Assembly (NCBI GenBank): GCA_002083825.1 | Contig: DAZV01000014.1 | Coordinates: forward strand, 1,080-65,079 | Source of the DNA: Candidatus Sericytochromatia bacterium S15B-MN24 CBMW_12 | GTDB lineage: Bacteria; Cyanobacteriota; Sericytochromatia; S15B-MN24; UBA4093 | Direction: 5' to 3' | DNA length: 64,000 nucleotides | Shown: in pieces, positions 46,560-57,575 of the stretch | Layout of the letters: every line of letters begins with the position of its first letter | How positions within the stretch are numbered: position 1 is the stretch's first letter | Notes under the pieces: model-generated | What the model was told of the DNA's origin: nothing | Seen by the model: the letters and a program-made list of their open reading frames with translations, nothing else | Databases searched by the model: none | Position numbers and translations under genes: made by a program

Positions 46560-48986
46560 CTAATTGACCACGGCGGGGATTTCGCTGTCGTCCTCCACCA
46601 GCTCGACCAGGGGAGCGATGAGCTTTTCCAGGGCGGGCAGCAAGCCCAGGTCGAGCGCCTCGTGCAGGTGCTCCAGCAGGACGATCTTGAGCCCCCCGAG
46701 AGTATCGGCGCTGATCTCTTCGAGGTCGGGGGCGTTCTCGAGCGGGATGATGACCGTGTGCATGTCGGCCCGGCGCGCGGCCAGCAGCTTCTCCTTGAGG
46801 CCTCCGATGGCCGTGATGCGGCCGCGCAGCGTGATCTCCCCCGTCATGGCGATGTCCGAGCGGATGGGACGGCCGGAGAGGGCGGAGGCGATCGCCATGG
46901 TGATGGCGATTCCCGCCGACGGGCCGTCCTTGGGGACGGCGCCGGCCGGCACGTGCAGGTGAAGGTCGAAAGCCGACAGGCTCTTGGCGGGCACTCCCAG
47001 CTCCTCGTGATGGGCTTTCACGTACGTGTACGCGGCCTGGGCCGACTCGCGCATGACGTCGCCGAGCTGTCCGGTGAGTTGCAGGGTTCCCTTGCCCTTC
47101 ACGGCGATGACCTCGACGGTCATGATCTTGCCGCCCATCTCGGTCCATGCCAGGCCGTTGACGACGCCGACCTCGGGCACGCGCGCATCGTGCTGGAGCT
47201 TGAAGCGGCGGGCTCCGAGCAGCTTGGACAGGCTTTCGGTGGTGATCTCGGGGCGCTCTTCCTTCGCGACGATGGCTCTCGCCGTCTTGCGCGCGAGAGA
47301 GGCGAGTTCGCGGCCTAACTGGCGGACGCCGGCCTCGCGGGTCCAGCCGCGGATGACGTGGCGCAGCTCCTCGGGGCCGATTTGCAGGGTATTGGACGGC
47401 AGGCCATGGTTGGCGATGACCTTGGGAAGCAGGTGGCGCTGGGCGATTGCCAGCTTCTCGTCCTCGGAGTAACCCGAGATGCGGATAACTTCCATGCGAT
47501 CCAGCAATGGGCTGGAGATGCCATGGGTGGAGTTGGCCGTACAGATGAAGAGCACTTCCGAGAGGTCGAAGGGTGTTTCCAGGTAGTGGTCGGAGAAGGC
47601 TTTGTTCTGTTCGGGATCGAGCACCTCGAGGAGGGCGGAGGCGGGGTTGCCACGGTGATCGCGGCCCATCTTCTCGATCTCGTCGAGCAGGAAGACGGGG
47701 TTCTTCGTGCCGGCTTGCTTGAGAGCGGCCAGGATCCGTCCGGGCATGGCTCCCACGTAGGTCCGGCGATGGCCGCGGATTTCGGCTTCGTCGTGGACGC
47801 CGCCGAGACTGACCCGCACGAACTCGCGGTTGAGTGCTTTTGCGACCGACTGGGCGAGCGAGGTCTTGCCGACGCCGGGAGGCCCGACGAGGCAGATGAC
47901 GGTGGTGGGTTTGCCCTTGCGGAGCTTGCGGACCGCGAGGAACTCGAGGATGCGATCCTTGACCTTCGAGAGTCCGAAGTGATCGGCTTCGAGCACGCTC
48001 TCGGCGTTCGAGAGGTCGAGGCGTTCCCGGCTACGCTTGCTCCAGGGGAGGGCGGCGAGGGTTTCGAGGTAGGTGCGGATGACGCCGGTTTCGGCCGAGG
48101 AGGGGCTGAGGCGGGAAAGGCGGGTGAGCTCGCGCTCGACGCGCTGCATCGCCTCGGCCGGAAGCTTGGCGCGTTCCAGGGCGCTCCGCAACTCGGCGAC
48201 TTCGCTCTGACGTTCGTCGCTGCCGGTGAGTTCGGTCTGAATGACCCGGAGCTTTTCTTTGAGGTAGTACTCGCGCTGGGCCTTGTCCATGGTTTGGCGG
48301 ACTCGGGTGTGGATCTCATGGTCGAGTTTGAGGGCTTCGAGTTCGACCGCGAGCAGGGTGGCGAGTTTTTCCAGCCGTGCGAAGGGGTCCAGGGTGAGCA
48401 GGAGGTCCTGCTTGTCGGCAGGTTTGAGCATGAGGACGGAGGCGATGCGATCGGCGAGCATGCCGGGATCTTCACCCTCTTGCATGGAGTCGAAGGATTC
48501 GAGGGTGCCCATGGCGACGGAGCGGATGCCGGCGGGAATCTTCTGGTTGAGTTCGAGGTAGCCGGTGAGTTGCTCGACGACGACCCGGATGAGGGCCTGG
48601 AGTTCGGGGGTGGAGGGGGTGATGACGAGGGGGACGAGTTCGTAGGAAGCGGCGATGCTGTCCCCGTCGGAGAGGGCTGTCAGCTGGATGCGTTCCTTGC
48701 CTTCCACGATGATGCGCAGGGTGCCATCGGGTTGGGGCAGGGCTTGCAGGACCTCGGCGAGGGTGGCGATGGGGCAGAGGTCGTCCAGCTTGGGTGAGTC
48801 GATGCTGCCGTCGCGTTGGGGGGCGAGCACGATGCGCTTGTCGCGCTTCATGGCGGCGTGGACGGAGGCGATGGAGAGGTCGCGCCCGATGAGCAGCGGA
48901 ACGACGGTCTGGGGGAAGACGACCATCTCGCGAAGGGGGACGGCGGGGGTCATGGGGACTTTGGGCTTCCTACGGGACATGGGCAT
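46560..48986 (-). CDS. lon: ATP-dependent Lon protease
   Basis: [37 protein letters not shown]. Confidence 0.96.
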   Translation of the reverse strand: MPMSRRKPKVPMTPAVPLREMVVFPQTVVPLLIGRDLSIASVHAAMKRDKRIVLAPQRDGSIDSPKLDDLCPIATLAEVLQALPQPDGTLRIIVEGKERIQLTALSDGDSIAASYELVPLVITPSTPELQALIRVVVEQLTGYLELNQKIPAGIRSVAMGTLESFDSMQEGEDPGMLADRIASVLMLKPADKQDLLLTLDPFARLEKLATLLAVELEALKLDHEIHTRVRQTMDKAQREYYLKEKLRVIQTELTGSDERQSEVAELRSALERAKLPAEAMQRVERELTRLSRLSPSSAETGVIRTYLETLAALPWSKRSRERLDLSNAESVLEADHFGLSKVKDRILEFLAVRKLRKGKPTTVICLVGPPGVGKTSLAQSVAKALNREFVRVSLGGVHDEAEIRGHRRTYVGAMPGRILAALKQAGTKNPVFLLDEIEKMGRDHRGNPASALLEVLDPEQNKAFSDHYLETPFDLSEVLFICTANSTHGISSPLLDRMEVIRISGYSEDEKLAIAQRHLLPKVIANHGLPSNTLQIGPEELRHVIRGWTREAGVRQLGRELASLARKTARAIVAKEERPEITTESLSKLLGARRFKLQHDARVPEVGVVNGLAWTEMGGKIMTVEVIAVKGKGTLQLTGQLGDVMRESAQAAYTYVKAHHEELGVPAKSLSAFDLHLHVPAGAVPKDGPSAGIAITMAIASALSGRPIRSDIAMTGEITLRGRITAIGGLKEKLLAARRADMHTVIIPLENAPDLEEISADTLGGLKIVLLEHLHEALDLGLLPALEKLIAPLVELVEDDSEIPAVVN

Positions 48987-49028
48987 CCTTTCCGGCTCGA
49001 GAGGGAGACTCGGCAAGCGAGTGTCCCC

Positions 49029-49069
49029 AAAAACGCGACGTGCGGACCCCCGAAGGGATCCGCACGTCG
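49029..49069 (-). terminator. Intrinsic terminator between clpX and lon
   Basis: Long stem with a TTCG loop, followed by a T5 tract on the minus strand. Confidence 0.7.
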
Positions 49070-49081
49070 GGCATCAGGAAG

Positions 49082-50377
49082 CTATGAGGCTTCCTTTTGC
49101 TGGAGCTTTCCGTCGGGCATCAGCAGGATGTTGGCGAAGTTCTTGTTCAACACCATGTCCTGGGTGACCGTGATCTTCGAGAGATCGTTGCGGGAGGGGG
49201 CTTCGTACATGACGTCCATCATGAGCTCCTCGACGATCGAGCGCAGGGCTCGGGCGCCGGTCTTGCGCTTGATGGCCTCGGCGGCGATCGCCTGGAGCGC
49301 CTCCGGGGTGAAGTCGAGTTCGACGTCGTCCATGGCGAGAAGCCGCTTGTACTGCTTGGAAATGGCGTTCTTGGGCTCGCTCAGGATCTGCACCAAGGCG
49401 GCCTCGTCGAGAGGCTCCAGGGTCGCGGTGACCGGGATGCGGCCGATGAACTCCGGGATCAAGCCGTACTTCAGCAAGTCCTCGGGCTGGAGCGCACGGA
49501 AGAGCGCGCCCAGGTCCTTTTGCTCGGATTCCTTGACGTCGGAGCCGAAGCCCATGGACTTCTTGCCGACGCGCGCTTCGATGACCTTGTCGAGACCGAC
49601 GAAGGCTCCCCCCACGATGAAGAGGATGTTGGTGGTGTCGATCTGGATGAACTCCTGGTACGGGTGCTTCCGACCGCCCTGGGGCGGAACGTTGGCAACC
49701 GTGCCTTCCAGCATCTTGAGCAGAGCCTGCTGGACTCCTTCGCCCGAGACGTCCCGGGTGATGGAGGGGTTCTCGGACTTCTTGGCGATCTTGTCGATCT
49801 CGTCGATGTAGACGATGCCGCGCTCGGCGCGCTTGACGTCGTAGTCGGCGGACTGCAGGAGCCGCAGGAGGATGTTCTCGACGTCTTCGCCCACGTAGCC
49901 GGCCTCGGTGAGCGTGGTGGCGTCCGCGATGGCGAAGGGCACGTTGAGAAGCTTGGCGAGCGTCTGAGCCAAGAGGGTCTTGCCCGAGCCGGTGGGCCCG
50001 ATCAAGAGGATGTTGCTCTTGGCGATTTCGACGTCGTCACCCTCGCTGTCCTTGGCCGAGATGCGCTTGTAGTGGTTGTAAACCGCCACGGACAGCGTCT
50101 TCTTGGCCAAGTCCTGCCCCACGATGTGGGCGTCGAGACTCTTCTTGATGCCCTTGGGCTTCGGGGTCTCCCCGATTTCCACGGCCGGAGCCTCGGCGTT
50201 ACGCTGCCCCTCATAGAGTTCCTCGTCGAGGATCTCATTGCAGAGGTCGACGCACTCGTCGCAGATGTAGACGCCGGGAGCCGCGATCAGCTTGCGAACC
50301 TGATCCTGCGTTTTACCGCAGAACGAGCACTTCGGCTGGCCCTTGTTATCCTCGTATTTCGGTGGTTTAGGTGGCAC
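49082..50377 (-). CDS. clpX: ATP-dependent Clp protease ATPase subunit
   Basis: Zn finger CSFCGK...[26 protein letters not shown]; GTG start with GGAGG. Confidence 0.96.
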   Translation of the reverse strand: MPPKPPKYEDNKGQPKCSFCGKTQDQVRKLIAAPGVYICDECVDLCNEILDEELYEGQRNAEAPAVEIGETPKPKGIKKSLDAHIVGQDLAKKTLSVAVYNHYKRISAKDSEGDDVEIAKSNILLIGPTGSGKTLLAQTLAKLLNVPFAIADATTLTEAGYVGEDVENILLRLLQSADYDVKRAERGIVYIDEIDKIAKKSENPSITRDVSGEGVQQALLKMLEGTVANVPPQGGRKHPYQEFIQIDTTNILFIVGGAFVGLDKVIEARVGKKSMGFGSDVKESEQKDLGALFRALQPEDLLKYGLIPEFIGRIPVTATLEPLDEAALVQILSEPKNAISKQYKRLLAMDDVELDFTPEALQAIAAEAIKRKTGARALRSIVEELMMDVMYEAPSRNDLSKITVTQDMVLNKNFANILLMPDGKLQQKEAS

Positions 50378-51023
50378 TAGCCCCTCCAGTTCCCGTTGCC
50401 GGCGGCATCGGCACCTTATTCGCGCCGATCCGAGGCACCAGGACCTCATCAATCAGACCGTACTCCTTGGCTTCCATGGAAGAAAGGAAGAAGTCGCGGT
50501 CGGTATCCTTCTCGATCTTCTTGAGATCCTGGTTCGAATGGATCGCCATCAGCTCGTTCAAGCGACGCTTGAGGCGCAGGATCTCGGCGGCCTGGATCTC
50601 GATATCCGTCGCCTGACCCTGGGCGCCGCCCAGAGGTTGGTGGATCATGATGCGAGCATTCGGCAACGCCATCCGCTTGCCGGGGGCGCCGGCGTTAAGC
50701 AGAAACGCGCCCATAGAGGCGGCTTGCCCCATGCAGATTGTCGAGACATCCGGCTTAATGTACTGCATCGTGTCGTAGATGGCAAGGCCTGCCGTGACCA
50801 CGCCACCAGGGCTGTTGATGTACATGAAGATGTCCTTCGCCGGATCCTCGGCTTCGAGGAACAACAGCTGGGCCATCACCAAGCTCGCCACCGAATCGTC
50901 GATCGGCGTGTTGAGGAAGATGATCCGTTCCTTCAACATGCGCGAGAAGATATCGAAGGAGCGCTCGCCCCGGCTCGTCTGCTCGATGACCATCGGGACC
51001 AAACCTGCATGAATCGGCAACAT
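50367..51023 (-). CDS. clpP: Clp protease proteolytic subunit
   Basis: [26 protein letters not shown]. Confidence 0.96.
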   Translation of the reverse strand: MLPIHAGLVPMVIEQTSRGERSFDIFSRMLKERIIFLNTPIDDSVASLVMAQLLFLEAEDPAKDIFMYINSPGGVVTAGLAIYDTMQYIKPDVSTICMGQAASMGAFLLNAGAPGKRMALPNARIMIHQPLGGAQGQATDIEIQAAEILRLKRRLNELMAIHSNQDLKKIEKDTDRDFFLSSMEAKEYGLIDEVLVPRIGANKVPMPPATGTGGASAT

Positions 51024-51064
51024 CGGTAACCTCTTTCTAGGACAAGGCTGCGGAAGGGACGGAA

Positions 51065-52381
51065 CTAGGCTTGGGCCGACGTCTCGGCGACCTCGGGAGC
51101 GGATACGGAGACCTTCGCGCGCTCGAAGAGCCACTCGATGATCTTGTTGGAAAGCACCTCATCGGCGATCTGAGCATAAGCGCCCGACTCGATGATCTGC
51201 TTGCGGAACGCATCGGGAGACATGCCGTAGGACATCGCGTACTCCCCGATGGCCGCCTCGATCTCCATCGGCGTCGGCTCGATCCCCTCTTGGCGGGCGA
51301 TCTGACCCAACGTCAGCGACGTGCGAATCCGCTTCGAGGCTTCCTCGCGCGAATTCTCCCGCCACTGCTGGATGTTTTCCTTCGTGAAGACCCGGTTCGG
51401 ATCGACGCCCTGCTGGGCAAGGTTGTTCGCGTACTGGTTCAACAGGAAGGTCACTTCCCGCTCGACCATCGACTCGGGGACTTCCATCTCGGAATTGTCC
51501 ACGACCTTCGAGAGCAACTGCTTGCGAAGCTCGAACTCCCGGTTCTCCTCGATCTCCTGGCCGATCTGCTCGCGGATCCGGCTCTGGAGCGCCTCGACCG
51601 AGTCAGCTCCAGCTTCCTTGGCCATCGCTTCATCAAGCTCGGGGAGCTGACGGTGCTTGACTTCCTTCACGGCGATCTCGAATACCACGGCCTTGCCCGC
51701 AAGCTCCGTGTTCGGGTATTCCTCCGGGAACTGAAGGTCCACGGTCTTGGTGTCCCCAGCCTTCATGCCCACCATGGCTTCGACGAAGCCCGGGATGAAA
51801 CGACCCTCGGCAACCTCGATCGCGAAGTCGGTGGCCGAGCCACCCTCGAAAGCCACGTCGTCGATCTTGCCGACGAAATCCACCGTAGCCGTATCGCCCA
51901 TCTCGATCGCCCGATCGACGACCTCGAGCTGGGCGCGCGACCGCCGGATGGCGTCGATCCGCTCGGTGACCTGTTCTTCGGTGACCGTCGCTTCGGGAGC
52001 GGAAATCTCGATCTCGGTGTATTGGCCCAGCGTCACTTCCGGGCGGACCTCGACGGTCGCCTTGAAGATCACGGGCTCGTTCTTGTTGGCCTGGACCAAT
52101 TCGAAGCGAGGATCGGAGATGGTCTCCAACTTCTCCTGCTCGATGGCGCTGCTGTAGACCTCGGGAATGAGCACTTCCAGTGCTTCCTGCTTGATGGTCT
52201 CGGGGCCGACATGACGCTCGACGATCGGGCGCGGGGCCTTGCCCTTGCGGAAGCCCGGGATATTCACCTGCTGGGCGACCTTACGGTAGGCCTTATCGTA
52301 TGCGGCCTCGAAACGCTGGGCTTCGACTTCGACTTCGAGCAGGACTAGGTTCTTTTCCTTTTTTTCGAGGGTGACTTTCAC
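51065..52381 (-). CDS. tig: Trigger factor
   Basis: [14 protein letters not shown]..., FIPGF; GTG start with GGAGG. Confidence 0.95.
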   Translation of the reverse strand: MKVTLEKKEKNLVLLEVEVEAQRFEAAYDKAYRKVAQQVNIPGFRKGKAPRPIVERHVGPETIKQEALEVLIPEVYSSAIEQEKLETISDPRFELVQANKNEPVIFKATVEVRPEVTLGQYTEIEISAPEATVTEEQVTERIDAIRRSRAQLEVVDRAIEMGDTATVDFVGKIDDVAFEGGSATDFAIEVAEGRFIPGFVEAMVGMKAGDTKTVDLQFPEEYPNTELAGKAVVFEIAVKEVKHRQLPELDEAMAKEAGADSVEALQSRIREQIGQEIEENREFELRKQLLSKVVDNSEMEVPESMVEREVTFLLNQYANNLAQQGVDPNRVFTKENIQQWRENSREEASKRIRTSLTLGQIARQEGIEPTPMEIEAAIGEYAMSYGMSPDAFRKQIIESGAYAQIADEVLSNKIIEWLFERAKVSVSAPEVAETSAQA

Positions 52382-52489
52382 GATTGCCTCCAACGATTGC
52401 GGCATGTTGCCCTAAAACTCAAATATAATGGGATCATAGTATATCACACCCGCCCTTGTCCTGAGCGGGAAGCGGGGCTTTCGGTCGCC

Positions 52490-53233
52490 CTAGACCGCCG
52501 AAGGAGCCCGGCGCTCGCGCGCATAGACCCGACAGGCTTCGACAAAGGCCTTGAACAGGCGCCCCGTGAACAAGCCGTCCTGGCATTCGGGGTGCCACTG
52601 AACTCCCAGCAAAAACGCTTTCGAACCTTCCAAGGCCTCGACCACGCCGTCCTCGGCGTGAGCCGACGCCCGCAAGGGTCCGGCAATCGCCTTCACCGCC
52701 TGGTGGTGAAATGAATTGACCTCCAGGTGATCGGTTCCCGCGATTTCAGCCAGCCGGGATCCCGGGACCAAAGCCACGCCATGCGTTCCCTGCGTGCTGG
52801 GTTCCTGCTGCCGATGAGAAACCTCGCTCGCAAGCTCCGAAGGCAGGTCCTGAACCAGCGTGCCCCCCAGGGCGACGTTGAGCAGTTGCACGCCCCGGCA
52901 GATGCCGAGCACGGGCATTCCTCGGCTAACGGCCTCGGCGGCGAGACCGAGCTCAAGCGCGTCGCGGCGCGGATCCACATCCCCCAGGTGCAGGCTGGGG
53001 CTCTGGCCGAAGCGGGCCGGATCGACATCCTCGCCGCCGGTCAACAGCAAGCCGTCGACCCGGTCGAGAATCGTCAGCGGCAGTTCGCCGATGGGCGGAA
53101 GCATGACGGGAATCGCTCCGGCCTCCCGGACCCTGAGCAGATAGTCATGCGTGAGCAACGCCGACGTCATGCCGGCCTTGATGCCCGGAAGACCGTCCAT
53201 GTTCCGGGCGCTCAGAGCGACGACAGGCATCAA
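52490..53233 (-). CDS. Gamma-glutamyl-gamma-aminobutyrate hydrolase family (peptidase C26, PuuD-like)
   Basis: LLTGGEDVDP, GICRGVQ, VNSFHHQ, GVQWHPE. Confidence 0.88.
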   Translation of the reverse strand: MMPVVALSARNMDGLPGIKAGMTSALLTHDYLLRVREAGAIPVMLPPIGELPLTILDRVDGLLLTGGEDVDPARFGQSPSLHLGDVDPRRDALELGLAAEAVSRGMPVLGICRGVQLLNVALGGTLVQDLPSELASEVSHRQQEPSTQGTHGVALVPGSRLAEIAGTDHLEVNSFHHQAVKAIAGPLRASAHAEDGVVEALEGSKAFLLGVQWHPECQDGLFTGRLFKAFVEACRVYARERRAPSAV

Positions 53234-54021
53234 AGCAGCGTCTTTCCTGCGGGACGGGGCAAGATGTCCCAGCCTTCTAGTTCTTGGCGGAGGGGGTGGT
53301 AGGTCATGTCGTAGTGAATGGGGGTCACCGAGATGTAGTTGTCGCGGATGGCGGTCACGTCGGTATCGGGAGCCTCTTCGGCCTCGATCACCTCGCCGGC
53401 GAGCCAGTAGTAGGTCTTTCCGCGGGGATCGGTGCGAATCTCGAAGGATTCGCCGTAACGCCGCTCTCCTTGCCGCGTGATCCTCACGCCGACCACGTCC
53501 TCGGCTTCGATGGCGGGGTAGTTGACGTTGAGAAGGACCTTGGCGGGGAGCTTGTGGGCGGGATCCGAAAGCTTGCGGGCAAGTTCCAGGGCGAACGCGG
53601 CGGCCTTCTCGTAGCCCAGGTCGCTGAAGCTTGCAAGGCTGAGGGCGACGGACGGGATGCCGAGAATCGTGCCTTCGAGCGCGGCCGAAACGGTTCCCGA
53701 GTAGATCACGTCGGTGCCGAGGTTGGGTCCGCGGTTGATTCCCGAGAAGACGGCGTCGATGCCCTCGGGCATGAGGGGGCCGTTGGCGATCTTGACGCAG
53801 TCGGAGGGGGTTCCGTTCACCGCGTAGGCTGCCTTGATGGAGCCGCCCAGAGAGACTTTTTCAACGCGGAGGGGCTTGTGAAGGGTCAGGGCATGCCCGG
53901 TCGCCGAGCGCTCCCGATCCGGGGCGACCACCGTCACCTCGTGCTCGGTGGCCAGAGCCAAGGCGAGCGCCTGGATGCCGGGAGCCATGATCCCGTCGTC
54001 GTTGGAAACCAATATCCTCAT
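53230..54021 (-). CDS. surE: 5'/3'-nucleotidase SurE
   Basis: ILVSNDDG, GTPSDCV, SGINRGPN, YSGTVSAA. Confidence 0.95.
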   Translation of the reverse strand: MRILVSNDDGIMAPGIQALALALATEHEVTVVAPDRERSATGHALTLHKPLRVEKVSLGGSIKAAYAVNGTPSDCVKIANGPLMPEGIDAVFSGINRGPNLGTDVIYSGTVSAALEGTILGIPSVALSLASFSDLGYEKAAAFALELARKLSDPAHKLPAKVLLNVNYPAIEAEDVVGVRITRQGERRYGESFEIRTDPRGKTYYWLAGEVIEAEEAPDTDVTAIRDNYISVTPIHYDMTYHPLRQELEGWDILPRPAGKTLL

Positions 54022-54429
54022 GGGTGGCTATTATCCTCGTGTTCTTGCTGTCGAAACGATTGATCCGCCGCACTCGGACTCGCCGGCGCGGCGCGCATGA
54101 TGGTCGAAGAGGTCCGGAACCTTTCGCTTCCCCCAGGCCGCGTCCCCTCGCGTGCTGCGAAGAATCAATCGGACCACCGGAAGTGACCATGAAAAGTCCT
54201 ACCATTAGAAAGATAACGGGCAGTCCCGCCGATTGCAAGTCTGAGAGGCCTCCGTCCGCGGTGTTTCCGCTGTTTAATGGAGTCTTAATCCCCGGCAGGA
54301 TTACTTTAAGTCAGTCCGGCGGCTCCGCGGGGGATAATCCATGAAGTTGCGTCAGGCTTTAGCGCCAGCGGCTGTTTGGTAAGGCAGCGAGAGAACGTCG
54401 TGACGAGCTTTGCTACTAAGGAGTAGACA

Positions 54430-56106
54430 ATGACCCCAGTCAACAATCAGCCCGTCACTCAAAAGGGCCGGACCCAGCCTCTTCAGGATGCCGATCGGTT
54501 GGCCGAACTGCGCAGCGCACAGCAGCAGCGCGCGGCGCAGAAACAAGCGGAGCAACAGCAGGCCGCCGAAGCCCGGAAACGCGGCACGGACACGTTGACC
54601 CGCTCGTCGACAGCCATGCCGGCAGTCGCGTCCACTGCCGACGTCGCTTCGAAGGTCCGCCAGGCCGCTGCCGAGCATATCGGCAACGCGGTGATCGACG
54701 GCGCCCGAAAACTTCACGCCGGCGGCTACGTCTACCCGCCCAACCTCACGAGCCAATACGTGCACAGGCCCGGAAAGGTGGGTTGCTGTGCCGACTTCGT
54801 CGCCGATGCCTACGCCGAGGCCGCCAAGTCGCTCAACAACCCCAAGCTCGACATCGGCGCCCGGATGAAGGCCGCGCCTGATCCCATGAACAACCCTCAC
54901 TACTGTCCGTCGATGATCCAGTTCTTCCAGAAGGAAGAGACGCTCCTGAAGCCGAATGCCAAGCCCCAGGTCGGGGATGTGGTCTTCTTCGACTGGGACG
55001 GGAACGGCGCCAAGGATCCCGACCACGTGGCCATCGTCACCAAGGTACATCCCGATGGATCCCTGGAATTGATGGAATCCCGCAAGTTCAACCAGCCTTC
55101 CGAGGTCACCACCATGAAGCCCGGCGATTCCCGCTACGACAACGTCGTGGGTTGGGGCCGCATGAAGGACGCCACGGCGGACAACGATGCCGCGTTGCAA
55201 CTGGAGTCCCTGGGGGCCATGCCCTCCCGCCCCGGTGGTTTCGATACGGGGGCGCCGCCGTCGGGATCGAGAAACCCAGCCGCTGCCGTCGGAGTCGGTC
55301 ATGGCCGGCCCGCCACGCAAAGTTCCGGCTCGGAGGCGCCCAGGCTGAATCCCGGCAAATCCAGCAACTATACGCCGGGTGGCGATGATCGGGCGCTGGC
55401 CAAGGATCTCGCGGGCGCAGCGGGTTGGCCCAAGAACCTCTCCGACGATATGATGGACTTCCTGACGGGTTTCCTGCAAAAACTCCGCCAGTCCTCCAAC
55501 ATGGGCGAGGAGCAGATGGAGGACGCCTTCGCCAGCGAGCTGGAGAAGAAGGGCGTTCCCAAGGAGCAAGCCTCCAAGATGGCCAAGGACATGGTCAAGC
55601 AGGTCAAGGCCAACAAGGAGAAGATTGCCAAGACTCCCTCCGGGGACACCGCCAAGCTCATGGGCAAGCTTTCCGCCGAGAAGATCGAGACGATCCTCGC
55701 CGATCGGGGATCGCCGCTGGCCGGCAAGAACATGGGCGAATTCGTCATGCAGATGGAGGCGAAGTACGGCGTTCCCGCCGCTCAGTTCCTGGCGCAGGCG
55801 ACCATGGAATCGGGCCTCGGCAAGGAAGGCTACACGCAGGGCGAACACCACAACGTAGGCAACCTCCGCCCCGGCTCGTCGTGGGAGGGTCCGACGGTTT
55901 CCGGCTCCGCCGGCTCGTTCCGTTCCTACGCGTCCTGGGAAGAAGGCGTCGAGGGCTACTTCAAGCTGCTTTCCGGCCCGCTCTATGCCGGAAAGTCACT
56001 GCAGGAGCAGATCTATACCTACGCTCCGCCGTCCGAGAACGACTCCAGCCACTACGTCGACACGGTCAAGAACCTCATCTCCGGGTGGACCGGGGAATCC
56101 CTCTAG
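54430..56106 (+). CDS. CHAP/NlpC-P60-like amidase + GH73-like glucosaminidase fusion, no signal peptide
   Basis: CCADFV...PQVGDVVFFDW...DHVAIV...MES; KYGV...LAQATMESGLG...N.GN...FRSYASWEEGV...YAPPSEND; AAGGAG Shine-Dalgarno. Confidence 0.78.
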   Translation: MTPVNNQPVTQKGRTQPLQDADRLAELRSAQQQRAAQKQAEQQQAAEARKRGTDTLTRSSTAMPAVASTADVASKVRQAAAEHIGNAVIDGARKLHAGGYVYPPNLTSQYVHRPGKVGCCADFVADAYAEAAKSLNNPKLDIGARMKAAPDPMNNPHYCPSMIQFFQKEETLLKPNAKPQVGDVVFFDWDGNGAKDPDHVAIVTKVHPDGSLELMESRKFNQPSEVTTMKPGDSRYDNVVGWGRMKDATADNDAALQLESLGAMPSRPGGFDTGAPPSGSRNPAAAVGVGHGRPATQSSGSEAPRLNPGKSSNYTPGGDDRALAKDLAGAAGWPKNLSDDMMDFLTGFLQKLRQSSNMGEEQMEDAFASELEKKGVPKEQASKMAKDMVKQVKANKEKIAKTPSGDTAKLMGKLSAEKIETILADRGSPLAGKNMGEFVMQMEAKYGVPAAQFLAQATMESGLGKEGYTQGEHHNVGNLRPGSSWEGPTVSGSAGSFRSYASWEEGVEGYFKLLSGPLYAGKSLQEQIYTYAPPSENDSSHYVDTVKNLISGWTGESL

Positions 56107-56119
56107 CCCGGGCGTCATC

Positions 56120-56171
56120 AAAGCGCGCCCCCCGCGGCTTCCCATCAGGGAGGCCGCAGGGGGCGCGCTTT
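56120..56171. terminator. Bidirectional terminator
   Basis: AAAGCGCGCCCCC...GGGGGCGCGCTTT long hairpin between convergent genes. Confidence 0.75.
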
Positions 56172-56186
56172 CTAGCGTAGCGGGAT

Positions 56187-57575
56187 TCAGACCGTCCGCG
56201 AGAACTTCCGGTCCTCGGGGGCCGTCCTCCTCAGGTAGGCATCGAAGGGCATGCAGATGTTGCGAAGCAGCATCTGTCCCCGTGCCGTGACCTCCAGGCT
56301 GCGCGCGTTCAGGACGATCAGCCCGTCCTCGGCCAGCGGGACGAGTTCGGCGAGCTCCATGGCGAAGGTCGCGTCGAAGTCGATGCCATGCAGACGCTCG
56401 ATCTCGGACTTGTCCAGGTAACAGTGGCAGATGAGCCGGTTGATCACGTCCCGGCGCAGGCGATCGTCCTCGGTGAGCCGCATGCCGCGCTGGGCGGGTA
56501 GGCGGTCGGCCTCGGTGGCCGCGAAGTACTCCTTGATGTTCTTGTGGTTTTGAATGTAGACCGTATCGAGTTCCGAGATCGAGGAGACGCCGAAGGAAAC
56601 CAGATCCGAGTCGGCCATGGTGGTGTAGCCCATGAAGTTCCGGCGAAGCGTGCGGTCGTCCAGGGCCGTGGCGAGCTCGTTGTCGGGGTGGGCGAAGTGA
56701 TCCATGCCGATGTAGCGATACCCGGCTTGAACGAAGGAGTCGATGGCCAGCTCGAAGAGATCCAGCTTCACGTCGGCCGACGGAATGCTCGCGTCCGGGA
56801 TCAACCGCTGGCCGGGAAGGCTGTGCGGCATGTGGGCGTAGTTGAAGAGCGCGATGCGATCCGGCGCTAGGGAGTGGATCTTGGCGAGGGTCTGCGTGAA
56901 CTTTTCCACCGACTGCAGGGGCAGGCCGTACATGAGGTCGACGTTCACCGAGCGGAAGCCGATTCGGCGGGCCTCGACGATGAGAGCCCTGGTGAGCTCG
57001 TAGGTCTGAAGGCGGTTGACGGCCTGCTGGACCTCGGGATCGAAGTCCTGCACCCCCATGCTCAGACGGTTGAATCCCAGGTCCCGCAGGGTGGCGAGGT
57101 GCTCGAAGCTGGTCACCGTCGGGTGAACCTCGATCGAGATCTCGGCCTCGGGGTCGAGCGTGAAGCGCGAGGAAAGCGAGCCGTAGACCCGGCGGATCTG
57201 GTCGGGGCTCAGGTGGGTGGGGGTGCCGCCGCCCCAGTGGATCTGGACCACGCGGCGATCCCCGGAGAGCTGGCCGGCGACCCGTGCGACTTCCCGGTCC
57301 AGGGCGGCGACGTAGCGATCCACGATCTCGGTGTTCTGGGTGATGATCTTGTTGCAGCCGCAGTAGTAGCAGAGCTTCACGCAGAAGGGGACGTGGACGT
57401 AGAGCGACAGGGGGACGTCGCGCCGTTCGCGATCGTTCTCGGCGAAGACCGCGAGGGCCTCCTCGTCTCCGAAGGATTCCCGCCACTCGGGGGCGGTCGG
57501 ATACGAGGTGTAGCGAGGGCCCTTGGTGTTGTACTTGGCGATCAGGTCGCGAGGAACGAGGAACGGGTTAGGCAT
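56187..57575 (-). CDS. hemN: Oxygen-independent coproporphyrinogen III oxidase
   Basis: GPRYTSYPTA, HVPFC.KLCYYCGC, GGGTPT, IGMDHF, RNFMGY. Confidence 0.95.
   Translation of the reverse strand: MPNPFLVPRDLIAKYNTKGPRYTSYPTAPEWRESFGDEEALAVFAENDRERRDVPLSLYVHVPFCVKLCYYCGCNKIITQNTEIVDRYVAALDREVARVAGQLSGDRRVVQIHWGGGTPTHLSPDQIRRVYGSLSSRFTLDPEAEISIEVHPTVTSFEHLATLRDLGFNRLSMGVQDFDPEVQQAVNRLQTYELTRALIVEARRIGFRSVNVDLMYGLPLQSVEKFTQTLAKIHSLAPDRIALFNYAHMPHSLPGQRLIPDASIPSADVKLDLFELAIDSFVQAGYRYIGMDHFAHPDNELATALDDRTLRRNFMGYTTMADSDLVSFGVSSISELDTVYIQNHKNIKEYFAATEADRLPAQRGMRLTEDDRLRRDVINRLICHCYLDKSEIERLHGIDFDATFAMELAELVPLAEDGLIVLNARSLEVTARGQMLLRNICMPFDAYLRRTAPEDRKFSRTV

Noticed and set aside
54200-54345. sigma28 promoter upstream of the CHAP-GH73 gene
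   Set aside because: Only partial matches (GCCGATTG, GGGGATAA) with a poor -35 or wrong spacing
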